Assembly (NCBI GenBank): GCA_013265495.1
Contig: MU059903.1
Coordinates: forward strand, 434,001 to 498,000
Reading direction: 5' to 3'
From: Vicugna vicugna
Taxonomy: Eukaryota
Length of the DNA: 64,000 bases
The notes beneath the pieces were generated by a model, which searched no databases, was not told the DNA's origin, and saw only the letters and a list, made by a program, of their open reading frames with translations. Made by a program: the position numbers and the translations under genes. Positions 11,511 through 23,039 of the stretch are shown here, in pieces. Positions within the stretch are counted from its first letter, which is position 1. Every line of letters starts with the position of its first letter.

Positions 11511-14377
11511 CTCTAGAGGCCGAAGCATAGTGGAAGACGGTTCATTTATCCACAAGCTTCCTGCGAAGCCGTGGAGACGTTCAGGCGTAGCTATCTGAAG
11601 GCTGGGTTGCCAAGGAGGCTTAGAAAGCCCCGGAGGGCGGTGGGGGCTCAGGACAGGCTCCCAGGGCGAGGCCAGCGGGGACCCAAGATTTCCAAGGATT
11701 TACTCAAGTGGAGACGTGGAGAGGAAAGGGCAGCGTGGAGACTGCACGGGGGCACAGGAGGCCACAGCGGTGCTGGTGGGACCCAAAGAGAAAGGAAGGC
11801 TGACCTCCCACCCCCCTAGGACCACAGGACAATGTGATGCCACCAGGTGGCCATCACCCCAGAGCATGCTGCTTGGGGGGCCCCTCTGGGGTATGTCTGG
11901 TGGTGGTCAGTGCCTGGGCCGCCCCACGGCCTGCCGTCCACTTGGCTGAGCAGCCAGGCCAGGCGCATGGAGGACGGTGGCTCCTCGGGCCACAGGAAGG
12001 CGCTCTGTCGTGGCTGGGCCAGTGTCTCCCTCCACCAGCCTGGTCCCCTGAGATGAAAGTGTGGCTGGAAGGCAAGGCGCCTCTGTCCTCCCACGGGGGC
12101 TGGGAGCGGTCGTGGCTTCTCTGAAACGGGAGCAGCGCTGCTGGGGCCCCTGGACTTCCCTCACTCGTCAGAGCCACAGTGGGGTTCGGTGTCCTGTCTG
12201 ACCCGAGCCGTCAGCCGCCAGGAGGAGCGAGGACAGCGCTGTGGGAGGGACGTGCCTGGCCCAGCGGCCCCGGCACTGCGGCCCCCCACACTCACCCCAC
12301 GGCGGTGCTGATGCAGGGAAGTGGCCACCTCACACCTCCTTCCACTTCTGGATGCAGCCACGTTTGCTCACAACTAGAGTCGAGTTAATTAAATACCCTG
12401 AGGAAGAAGTGGAGACGGCACCGTCTCGGCCCTGCAGAGCCCGGATGGTTAGCATCCGGCGGTGCTAGGAAAGGCATGTCCGAGCGGTCTGCATGCGAGG
12501 AAGCGCTCAAAGGGCAACGCTGTCCCCACTTTGCTCTGGTGGAGTGTTCAGATCGGCCCACCTGTGGCCCTCACCCTCCTCTGGTGGTTTCCGGCCAGGG
12601 GGCCAGATGACCACCACCGAGATGGCAGGGGCAGCACGGCCGCAGCCCCCTCCCAGTGGCCTCGATGTGAATGTTGTCAGGACGAAGGAAAGGTCTCGGC
12701 GGCTTTGGTCCCTCAACCCCTTTTTGAGAAGGCAGAACCGCAACGCTGTCGAGGACATCACTTCTAAAACCCCTCCGAGGAATCCGGCAGACCCTACGAG
12801 AAGGTTGAAACTAAGCACAAGGCGACCCTAGGAGCTCACCACGCAGCTCCTCGCGGGGCCGCCGGCTGCTCAGAGCAGGACGTCCGCTGGGCAGCGGCCC
12901 CCAGGAAACTGGCGCGCCCGGCGGGTAAGTGGCTTACGGAGTGGTGGGGGCCGCAGCCGGATGCACACACCTCTGGGGGTGACAACTCGGATGTGCTCAG
13001 TGTCACCGAGCCCAAGGGCGTCACAGCTGTGTTTCCTTCTGAAAGCGCCATGTGGCTTTTCATGCATAGCCCTTATCTACCTGGAATTAACTTTGTCTGT
13101 GATGTGACGGGGAATCTAGTTTTTTCCCCATGTGGGTTTAAAAAAGGCAAGTCAGAGAAGGCTAGACCCCGTTATCTCATTCGTGGGGAACAAAACACAC
13201 ACAAATACTGCAAACCTGCGTCTGCCCAGAGGACGAACAAAAGGAAGCAAAAACACGTCTCGCGGCCACGCTCATGAAGGAAGAGAGGGCAGGGCGGGGG
13301 GGGGAGGGGAGGCTCCCTTGCCTCACACCTCTGGCAGGGGTCTCCCAGCTAGCAGGCATTGTATGATTAAAGACGAGCAGGAAACTAGACACCTCCGCCT
13401 CCCCCACTCGAGCCGAGGCCCCTGGTGAACCACACATCTGCTCCCAGTGCAGATCAACGCGGGCACCTTCTCAGTGCTGCTGCCCGAGCCTGAAGTATGG
13501 GCAAGCCTGGCCCTCCAGGCAGCAGTGGCACTGGGCTCCTTGGGGCCGGACACCTGCGCAAGTCATCCCCGGTGGCCAGGAGCCGGGCCAGGCGCAGAGA
13601 CGCTGGGCAGCTGCCACTCGCGGCCCTCACGGCCCCCTTCTAGGGCCGCCCACCGCCCGCGTGCAGCGGGCACACCCGGGCCCCCTTCCCGGGAGCCCCC
13701 ACTCACAGCTGCGGGGCCTGGCCGCCTGTCCTTGCCCCCCAGCAGGCCTGCTGTCTGACCAGAGGTTCCGGGGATGCAGCCAGGACAGCCTCTGCCAGAC
13801 ACACGAGCCCTCACTTGTCCCCAGAGACCCGAGGGAAGACGGCAAGCGGGGGTGGCTGCGTTACGGACGATGGCTCCTTCACCCATGGTGGGGGTGGTGA
13901 CGAGGTGCCGTCAGCTCCCAGGTACCCTGCCCACGCCACCTACTCCCCTGGCCTCCGGGAACACTGGCCCGGCCTCCTCAATGGACGGAGTGCGGGGAGG
14001 ACAAGGCTCCTCAGACACGCACCTTCCTCCTGCCACACGGCACTGCTGGGAGCACCCGCGGAACCAGGCGACGCGCTCACCCGTCCAGCCCGCGGCGCAG
14101 CTGCCAGGAGCTTCGGGGTGGGGGGAGGCCCCCCCGGCGGCAGGGGGAGCAGAGGCCACACCCGTCAGCCCTTCCTTCCGTTTCCTTCCCCAGGACTCTG
14201 CTTCCTAAGCTTATCTTCAAATATCCCCAAACCATAGACCGTAAAGGCAAATGTGCTATCTCCCAGTGTCAAAAATTCACACTAGAATTTAAAAATATTA
14301 AAACATCAAAAGTGTAAAGGTAACACACACACATCACGGACAATAAATGACGTTTGTAACATAAGAAAAATAGTCAG

Positions 14378-14383
14378 TTTAAT
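14378..14383 (-). terminator. ARHGEF7: Distal poly(A) signal ATTAAA of ARHGEF7
   Basis: Plus-strand TTTAAT. On the minus strand it is followed by an AU-rich cleavage zone and a GU/U-rich downstream element (tgatgtgtgtgtgttacctttacacttttgatgtttt, ~14300-14335). It sits in an AT-rich island within GC-rich DNA. Confidence 0.65.
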
Positions 14384-15674
14384 AATTACAACAATGTAGT
14401 GTGAGCCGTCAGCGCCAGGGCACTGGATGGGGCACTTCCTGGAGGGTCCTGGCAGCTGTAAACAGGGACTCCGTACGTCCCATGGACACGAGGAAGGGGT
14501 GGGTCCACACATCCCGGATGCCCCCACCCTGGCGTGCATCGTGTCCTGGGTGAGGAAACTGCTTGCCTCCTTGTCCACGAAACTGGGAGCAGAGGTGACC
14601 CACGGAGGCAGACAGCCGCTTCCTAACGTCCCCACCAGCCCCCAGCCCCGCGGGACATCACACGAAGTGGATGCAGTCTATTTACAACAGGGCAGGCTTT
14701 TAGAAAGAACTGCTCAGACTCAGATGTGTCTTCTCTGCTCCCTAAAAAGCCTCCTAAGGTCTTGGCTCCACGGGAAGAAAAGGTAACGCATCACACGAGC
14801 ACCCCCGGTCACCCCTTCAGAGGAGGGGGGCAAACACAAGTGTCCCCCCGACGCCAGATCAACAGTTAAGGCAGGTTCTGTGCGAGCCCCACCCCGGGAT
14901 GCTGGTGGCGACGCTGCCAGTCACAGGTGGTGGAGAGATCAGGTGGTGAATGCTGTTCCTGAGTTAAAATCTGCTTGAGAAGGTGAACGGCAGCACGCTC
15001 GAGCGCACTGCTTCCCACTGCGATGTCTGCGCATCACCGAAAAAACCACGGTGAAAGTGGGGCTTACAAAAAGCCGGAAGACGGCCTTCTCTAGTCCGAG
15101 CACTAATGAACAGAACGCCAAGTTCAGGAAGCTGGCGATTCTAGTCGCGGGGTCGTGTGTGGGCAGGTCAATGCCGCTGCCCAGACACACCTGCTGGGCA
15201 GGTGACCACTGTGCAGGGAGCTGAGAGCGCGGCGGGGGCCGCGGGGGCCGCGGGGACCATGGGCACCCAGACGACCAGCTGCCCCAAGCTGCCTGGTCCC
15301 TGGACACCAGACGACCCCATGAAGGGTCACTTGAACCCCAGATGACAAATCGCCAAGTCACACCTGATGCCAAATGGGTATTTGAGCCGTCTCTAGTGCA
15401 CAGTGCTGTGATTCGGGTTTTTTTTTTAAGATACGACATTTGTCCTCTTTAAGTTTATCTCACTTTAAAAATGACCTCTTCAGCAGAGCAAGGGGAGAGC
15501 ACGGGGCCCAACACCGCTGTCCCGCCTCTGACGGTTTCCTGACTGGACACGGAGGGTCCTGGAGCCCCGGCCCAGAGGGGTCTCCCCCGTCTCCTCTGCC
15601 ATCTGGACGTGGCGGCGGGGCTGGGAGGGAGGGGCCTGCGTTTCAACTTCCCTCACCGAGGGGAATCTGAGACG

Positions 15675-15680
15675 TTTATT
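15675..15680 (-). terminator. ARHGEF7: Candidate proximal poly(A) signal AATAAA
   Basis: Plus-strand TTTATT, ~980 nt after the stop codon. The downstream element is weak. Confidence 0.45.
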
Positions 15681-16660
15681 GCTTTGTTCCTGCCAGAGCG
15701 AAAGTACCTCCCTGCGGCCGCAGGCACCTGAGGGCGGAGCAGGCCTCAGAGGAACAGCGCCCAGCCTGCCTCGGAGTCCTCAGGCCCCAGCGATGTGGAT
15801 AAATAGCACATGTTATTTACAGGCTCCAGTGAAGCTCGCCCTCTCGGGGGAGGGCAAAGCTGTGGGCCCTGTCAAGCGTCAGACCACCCCACACGTCAGG
15901 TCCTCTGATCCCCAGCGGGGGACGCGCTCCGAAGCTCACCATGTCAGGGGCGGGCGCACCTGCCGCTGAGCACCTGGCGGCGGGCATGGCTCCTCCGGTC
16001 CGGGGCTGAGGCCCAGAGCCCTGCGCACCGCCGCCTGCGACACTGCCTTCCCTGGGGACTTTCATGTGGGATGACGGCATCGTGCAGGTACCAACGAGGT
16101 GAACTGCCCGGCCAGGCTGGCGTGGTAAGTGTCTCAGAGCCCCACGGACACGCGGGGCTGGACAACCAGGCATCTCCCCGAATCACCTGCGCCCCGCAGG
16201 GAGACACGCCGGACTCCCGGGTGCCTGAGCTCAACCCCCCCGTGCGCGGGACCAGTGAGCCTGGTGGAAGGAGATTCTGGCACCAGCAAAGGCCCAGATT
16301 CAACCACCACGGATATGCATTCAGAAGAGAGCATTTACAGGAAACGCGTGCGTGACATTTATGTATATTCCACGAGGCCTGACAGACCAGGCTTGCAGTC
16401 CGTCGCCATGCTTATTGCAAAACGAGGTACGGAGGCGTCAGCAGAGCAGGAGTCTCACCGTCCGGCCCTCAGTGTCTCTACCTCACGATGCTTCAGAACG
16501 GCGTGGCCGTGCTCTGCACGAGTCGGACTCCGGCTTTCCTCGCACAGAACGCAGGTGGGCGTTGGTCCAGCCCCGCCCTGCGGCCCCAAATGTCGCACCA
16601 CGGGGCCCCGGGGCTCTGGCCGGCCGTGACTGGTCTTCAGGAAAGAGGCGAGGACGCCCC

Positions 16661-16783
16661 TCAGAGGTTGGTCTCATCCCAAGCAGGGTCGTTCATGTTC
16701 TTGAGAACTTTCCGCACCAGCTTCTCCAGGTCCTTGCGGGCTCGCTGCTCCTCCTCCAGAGACTTCTTCATCTTCTTGTTGTC
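16661..16783 (-). CDS. ARHGEF7: ARHGEF7 terminal exon (DNKKMKKSLEEEQRARKDLEKLVRKVLKNMNDPAWDETNL*): coiled coil and PDZ-binding motif
   Basis: Acceptor ttacag|GAC, 123 nt including TGA, phase 0. Confidence 0.97.
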   Translation of the reverse strand, partial: DNKKMKKSLEEEQRARKDLEKLVRKVLKNMNDPAWDETNL

Positions 16784-17697
16784 CTGTAAGCGAGCAGAGC
16801 ACAGGGCATGAGCCACCTCTGGCACCAACAAGGACACCCCCTCCCCAGGAGACTAGGGGCCACTGTGCGCTGCAGCCAGGGGTGCGCTGACCAGGACCCC
16901 CAGACGCCCAGCGGACGTGCAGCGGCTCCCAGGCGCACAGGCCCGACATCTCCACTCGCTGACAAAGCCTCAGAGAACGGCCGAACACGACAAAGGCACC
17001 CCCGCGTCCTGCCTGCTCCTTCCAAGGCCATGGTGGTCTTATATGCAGGGTTACACAAGGGGGCAGGGGCCGGGTTATCGGACGCACATCTGCGCCCCCA
17101 AGGCCGCACGCAGCGCCCCCGGCTCACAGACGTGCCCCCTGCTGAGTGAAGCACAGAGGCCCCGACGGCGAGAGGGAGTCGTTGGTGGGTGGCCGAGGGC
17201 AGCGCTGCGCGTGGGGACCCCCCCGGCCTGTCCAGCCCAGGCCATGCTGTGCTCCGGCCGCCCCTCCTCGGACACACAGACCCCGCACAGACACACAGTG
17301 TGCGCCTGGCCGGTTCCCACGGCTTCCCCGGAACAGGGACCACGCGCCACACCAGGAAGCGGCAGAGGATGGTCTGGGGGCCCCCGACAGAAATTCTACC
17401 CAGATGGAGCTTCAGGTCTCCTGCGTGATTCTTCCAGGCAAATTTGAGGTGGTTTATGACGTCAAAAACAGTGCAGCAAAAAGAAGGTTTAAACGAGTCA
17501 CTCTGGAGACTCAGTTTCTGGTGTGTCACGTGTACAGAAGACCAACCATTCTGACCTGCTGCTGGGACCCGAGTTCTGACAGAGGCGCTCCTTTCCGCGT
17601 CACTGTGCCGACACCTGGCTTCTGTGTCTAACACACTGTTTTTCTTTTGTCCCCCGCTAAAAAAAAAAAGATTAAAACCAAATGAGGGCCCACTCAC

Positions 17698-17752
17698 CTG
17701 CCTTAACTCCTGGACCTCGTCCTTCAGCGCGTACACAGTGTCAACGAGGCTC
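17698..17752 (-). CDS. ARHGEF7: ARHGEF7 exon (K-SLVDTVYALKDEVQELRQ): coiled-coil start
   Basis: Acceptor tttcag|G, donor CAG|gtgagt, 55 nt. Confidence 0.96.
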
Positions 17753-17860
17753 CTGAAACGGAACAGAAGGCTCCTGAAGGAGGCAGGGCCGGGCGCGCGC
17801 GGCTGCCCCGCCCTCAGCCCAGGCCGCCCCTGGCCGCGCCCAACACCGGCCGCATCTTAC

Positions 17861-17960
17861 TTTTCTTCTATCACCGTCTGCCCGTTACTCCTCGTCTCCT
17901 CCACTATGATCTTCTCTTCCTCGGGAAGCAGAACCTGTGGTGCTGACTCTTTGCGAGAAC
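17861..17960 (-). CDS. ARHGEF7: ARHGEF7 exon ([34 protein letters not shown])
   Basis: Acceptor gacag|GT, donor AA|gtaaga, 100 nt, phase 1 in and phase 2 out. Confidence 0.96.
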
Positions 17961-18224
17961 CTGTCACCATTAAAGAAGAAAGAAAAACACGCACACGGGT
18001 AAACACGATGACAGAACTGAAGCCACAACTGACTACACAGCACTACGTAATTATTAATATTAAATTCCAAGGGTTAATTCCAGTACGTTAAAAAATGTAT
18101 TTTCTAGATAAAACAGCGAAGGGCAACTTTTACCAATTTTCTCTACCTCTGTGTACCGAGCCCAGTCTTCTTCACGCCTAAAGCATCACAGAGGAAAGGA
18201 GACAGTAGCCTTTCTTGCAACTTA

Positions 18225-18305
18225 TTAAGCTTCAGTTTCCGAATCTGCATTGTGGGTACTTTAATCCCTGAAATTTTAACCAGGTAGTAAGTTGAGGATT
18301 CTCAC
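18225..18305 (+). mobile_element. MIR fragment
   Basis: ttcagtttccgaatctgcattgtggg...gttgaggatt resembles the MIR core. Confidence 0.4.
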
Positions 18306-21300
18306 CACATCACCCTGGCTATTTTGAAAGAAATATTCAAGTTGGGGGGGTGGGGATAAATACTCAAATCAACCAAATTTTGAGCCATATTATTCCAGGA
18401 ATTTCAGAAACATCCAGCAGACCACACAGGACACCTCCCCCAGGCGTTTATCGAGCCAGTGAGCCAGCACTTACAACATTAAACCCCACGGCCACAGCTA
18501 ACGATGGTACAGGACACAGTTTAGAGAAGGTGAAGTTGATTACTTGGTTCTCTTATGGAAACTTTATTCTACACTCCCTGGAATATCAACTTTATTTTTT
18601 TTCCAAATGGAGGAAAGTAAGCTGTTTACAGTGTCAGAGGAATGTTTCTGTCATTTAACCAACACCCGGCATAGAAGCTTACCCAGGACAGGGGCCCAGA
18701 AACATGCAAAAGGCAGACATTAACTGGGAAACCCAACCCATTTTAAAATGTGAGAAGCGAGAATACAATCCTGAATCAGATTTAAATAAGGTTAAGATTT
18801 AAATTTAGTTTTCAATAAAATTAAGTAAGATTTAAATAAGATTAAGGATGCAAAGAAGAAAATACTCTTTTTAAAAGGCTGTATGGCACAAGCGTCCCAT
18901 TTACGTTTCTGAAACATCACATCAGATGCACCTTTGAGGAGGGACTCCTCCAGCAGACGCCTGCTGTGCCACTGACACAAGTGCAGCATTTCTCCCTTGA
19001 AAGCACACCTGAGGTCTGGCAGGTGCTCACCAATCACGGAGACGGTGCTTCAGCCTGCTCGACCTTGTTTCTGCTGGTGTCCCTGCCGTTCAGGATGGCA
19101 CCTCACGGGAGGACACACATTCGGTGTAGCACAAATGCTAATAAGACAGGACGTAAGGGTCTCACCAGCGTCTTACTGGGAGCCTATACCCCCCTGGACA
19201 GAACAAGACTGACAGTTACAGTCAAAGCCCAATGACGAGAGGCTCACAAAACGCTACCGGGGTCCACAGAGCACGCGCCCGTCACCTCTGCGGCAGCAGG
19301 CCGCAGGGACAGGGACCCTGGCTTCCCGGCCCCAGCCGTCCTCCCCCCGCTGCCGTCTGGGCGTCTGCAGACAGACACCAGCTCCCCCCCCACCGGCCCG
19401 CTCTGCGGAGCCCAGCAGGGCGGGTGCTGGCCTCCTCCTGTCATCCAGGCCCTGTCAGAAGACTGAGCTCCGGGGAGCAAGTACGAGTCCACGTTACACA
19501 GGGCGAACTTCTGCGCAGAAATAAACAGACGTCTTACACCAGCAAAGGAAGGGCTGTGACGTGCCCTGAGAACCTCAGGAGGAAGATCCAATGCAGTCCT
19601 CAGAATTCTGTCACGACTGTACCGAGCAGGTGGATCTGTCCTTAAATCTGTCAACTGCTACTTCAAAGATGGCCCCGCTAGTGGTCTGGGGTTCACACGG
19701 AGATTGCAGATCCTGGAGCAGCGGCCCCGCGGCCAGCGGTGGGGGGGGGGACACCCAGCTCACACCCCACCCCGTCACAGTGACCTGCAGGGCCAGGGGA
19801 GGGCTCTTCAGACAGATGGTGATGCCCTGCAAGACGTGGGCCCAGAAAGGGACACGTTCTAAAAGACTCCGTCAGGCCGACAAGAATCACCTCCCGGAGG
19901 ACCGCCTTTCCCAGGTCCCTCTGCGCGCGGCTGGCAGGCTCACTGTATTCTGGGCCTTTCTCAGTAAAGAGGAAACACTGCCAGGATATCCGGGCCACGT
20001 GGGAAGATACTGCTTAAGAAAGAAACTGGTCCATGACACACATCACAAGGAAGCACAAGGCCCTGGCCGGGTCAAGAGCTCTGAAGGTCCAGATGGTCCC
20101 CCTTCCAGCACGAATGCAAACGTCACCCACGTTTTTATCAGGAGAAGGTAGCTCGCGCTATTTTCCTTAGAAACTGACAAGGATTCCTAAAGATTCAGAT
20201 GTGGGTACCACGTGTGCAGAGAGCAAAAGGCTCGCTCAGTCCCTTGGAAAGAGATGCAGGCAGATGGCTCAAGACCACTCCATTCCCGAGGGCTGAGGGT
20301 TCCCACCATCAGCAGCTTTGTGCCCAGACAGCCGCCGCGTCAGGGTCAAATCGAGAGCTGTCAGTGCGCGTCCGTCAGCACTGTCTGAGACACAGCATTT
20401 CTCCCGATGCGCTAGCTAACGAGACAACAGGCTGGAAACGGTTTTGATGCAACAGCACTTCAGGAAGATTAAACCCTGTGTCTTTTCAATCATTTTGCAT
20501 CTTCCAGCTCCTGAGGCAACCCATCTACATTCTGTGTTTGCAGCAGTAAGTTCTTCAAGTGACATATACAGTAGAATCACAAGGCACGTCCACCTAGGGA
20601 AGAAGTGGGTCGGGGTGCAGGGGCTGTTGTGCAGGTGCTGGAGTTCCCGGGACGCAGGAGCCAGCCCGTCACCCAAGCACAGAGCCTCAGTTCCGTCACC
20701 CGGAAGACAGAACAACAAAACCAGCTGCCTCTGCAGAGCTGTTCTGAGGACTAACTGAAAACTGAACATTTCATAGATCTCTTCTGTCAAACGAAACCGT
20801 AAATATAAAGCCTGAAATTCCATTAGGTAGCGACTGAGTCAGGCCACTAAACCCGTGAGACCAGGTCACCAGCCGCGTGTGCAAGATGCCACCCTTAACG
20901 TCTGCAAACACGCAAAGCCACAGGAGAGAGTGGCAGCGGACCACAGACAGGCAAGCACGAGAAGGTTCTGTCACAGACAGGATGTACTGAGAAGTGCCAC
21001 CGATGGATGTGATGGTGAGCCGGGGGCTGTAGACAGATTCCTGCTCAGCCTGCACAGAAACCCATGGGGTGCCAGTTACCTGCCTGGTCTCAACACAATG
21101 TCCTTTTCTAAAATGACGGGAAAGATCCGACAGTCGTCAGTAAACACCAAAGGAACATCCTCCAGCCAGGTTTATAAAGAAGTTGGCTGTTTCTATAAAA
21201 ACAGAAGTTTTAGAAAGTAGAGCTCAAAGACCGCTTTGGTATCTGTCCAGCTGTCGCGGAACTTTTCTCTGAGTTGCTTGGCTCGGAGAAGCCACTCGGC

Positions 21301-22895
21301 AGCACCACCACCGAAGGCCGTTCTGCCGCTTGTCTCAGAACCTCCGAAAGGGGCCGAGACCCAGATGGGCGCGTTCATGAAGCTTCCATTGCACTCCAGG
21401 CCTGTGCTTTCTCAACACACAGTTGTGTGTTTCCAAGCGATAACTGGGATTCTGCAACACGTAATTTTGCAAAACGCTGAATGCTGTAGCCACCTCCTGG
21501 AGACTCACAGCGCACATCTAGCATGTTTGAGGCTTTCAGCAAAAATCCCCATCTAACTTCGGCATTTCCTAAATGTGTCCGAGTGCCCATCTATCAACGT
21601 TCCGCAGCATTCTGGACAACTGGGGAGTGCGAGACTGGCCCACAACCCCGTCTGTGTCTGTGAACACACGTGAATGCTGCTTGGCTCCGCTGCTGTTCAG
21701 CGTGGGGGTGAACATAATGAATAATACTCGTTGCCACCAACCCAGCAGCCACGGCCCCCCGACAAGCACGTGGCAGTTCTGCACCGCCACCAGCAGGGGT
21801 CGCCCTGCACCGCACAGCTGGAGGCGGGGCAGGAGCCCAGGCGTGAGCTGGCTCAGATGTGGCACCCAGAAGCTGGAGCCATGCTTAGAACCCTGTCCCC
21901 TAAAGCGGTCACAGACCCCCCGGAGAACCGTGGACCTCAGTCTGAGAAACACAGAGGGACGTAACATCACTGTGGACAGAGGACTGGCCCAGGCAGCAAG
22001 CAGCAGGCCTCAGGCCCCGGGCGCGGTCCGGGCTGCCAGAGCACCACCTCCCGCCTGAGCTGATGACACGCGGCCCTCAGATTCGGGCAGCAGCGCTGTG
22101 TGCACACGCATGAGGGAGCTGGCTGGCCTGCACAAAAAGCCTAAAAACAGGAGGTTTGTCAGTAAAGAACATCTGCTTGTCTGGCCGGCGGCTGGTGCGT
22201 CTGCAGACTCACATGGCTTCTCCAGTTGGTAACCTTCCTGAGGTCTGCATCTCATTATGCTCAATGGCAACTTAAGCAACTTTCAGAATGAAACAAAGTA
22301 TTACACTAAGAAAAATCTACTTAATAAAATCTCTCTGAAAGGCCACTTTGTTATTTATGGCCGTAAGATTCAAATTCATTTTTCCTGAAACAAAACAGAA
22401 CACAAGGACCCCCTTCAGAGGACAACGTGCATGTGAACATCACTGGTCCTGGCCCTGCACCTGCCGAAGGTGCGTCTTTTCCTTCCTTCCAATCTTGCTG
22501 TTCCTAGTCAGCTGGACATGCATTTCACCAAACAAAATTAAAACCTGACCTTCGTCTAAGTAAGAACGTCTACGGTTAGGCTTTTTTCCATTTATGCAGC
22601 CTCCTCCCTACCCCCTCCACCCCTGCCCAGAGGGAGAGAACTCTTTCTGAAAACAAATCTCCCAGTGATTTAAAACTTGTTTTAAGAAAATTAGAGGGAA
22701 ACAGATGAAATAAAAACGTACAAGGAATGATCCTGTATCATCCAGAACGTATTTAACCTAAGAACATGCAAGTTTTGCTGTCCAGGCAGATACGAAGCGC
22801 TCCACTGCCCGGCCCCCTGCGGAAGGCGCCACCTCAGACAGGCGGCTCGCACTGACCTGCGGGCTAGGCTGCTCCCCCCACCGTGTAACAAACAG

Positions 22896-23039
22896 NNNNN
22901 NNNNNNNNNNNNNNNNNNNNNNNNNNNNNNNNNNNNNNNNNNNNNNNNNNNNNNNNNNNNNNNNNNNNNNNNNNNNNNNNNNNNNNNNNNNNNNNNNNNN
23001 NNNNNNNNNNNNNNNNNNNNNNNNNNNNNNNNNNNNNNN
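22896..23039. other. Assembly gap (144 N)
   Basis: Run of N. Confidence 1.

Larger units (their letters stand above)
14355..16660 (-). other. ARHGEF7: ARHGEF7 3' UTR (long form; 3' end approximate)
   Basis: Runs from the stop codon (16661-16663) to the inferred cleavage site ~20 nt past ATTAAA. Confidence 0.65.

Noticed and set aside
12412-12459. Two adjacent 7-bp hairpins (gagacgg/ccgtctc and ccggatg/catccgg)
   Set aside because: Stems of this length are expected by chance in GC-rich DNA, and there are no ncRNA hallmarks.
9374-17698. ARHGEF7-TEX29 read-through fusion protein
   Set aside because: Splicing the phase-0 donor at 17698 to the acceptor at 9468 is out of frame with TEX29 (37 nt to the ATG) and hits TGA in the next exon.
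16768-17736. Longest ORF in the track (322 aa)
   Set aside because: It is exon 17698-17752 read through into a GC-rich intron. Only YALKDEVQELRQ is real coding sequence.
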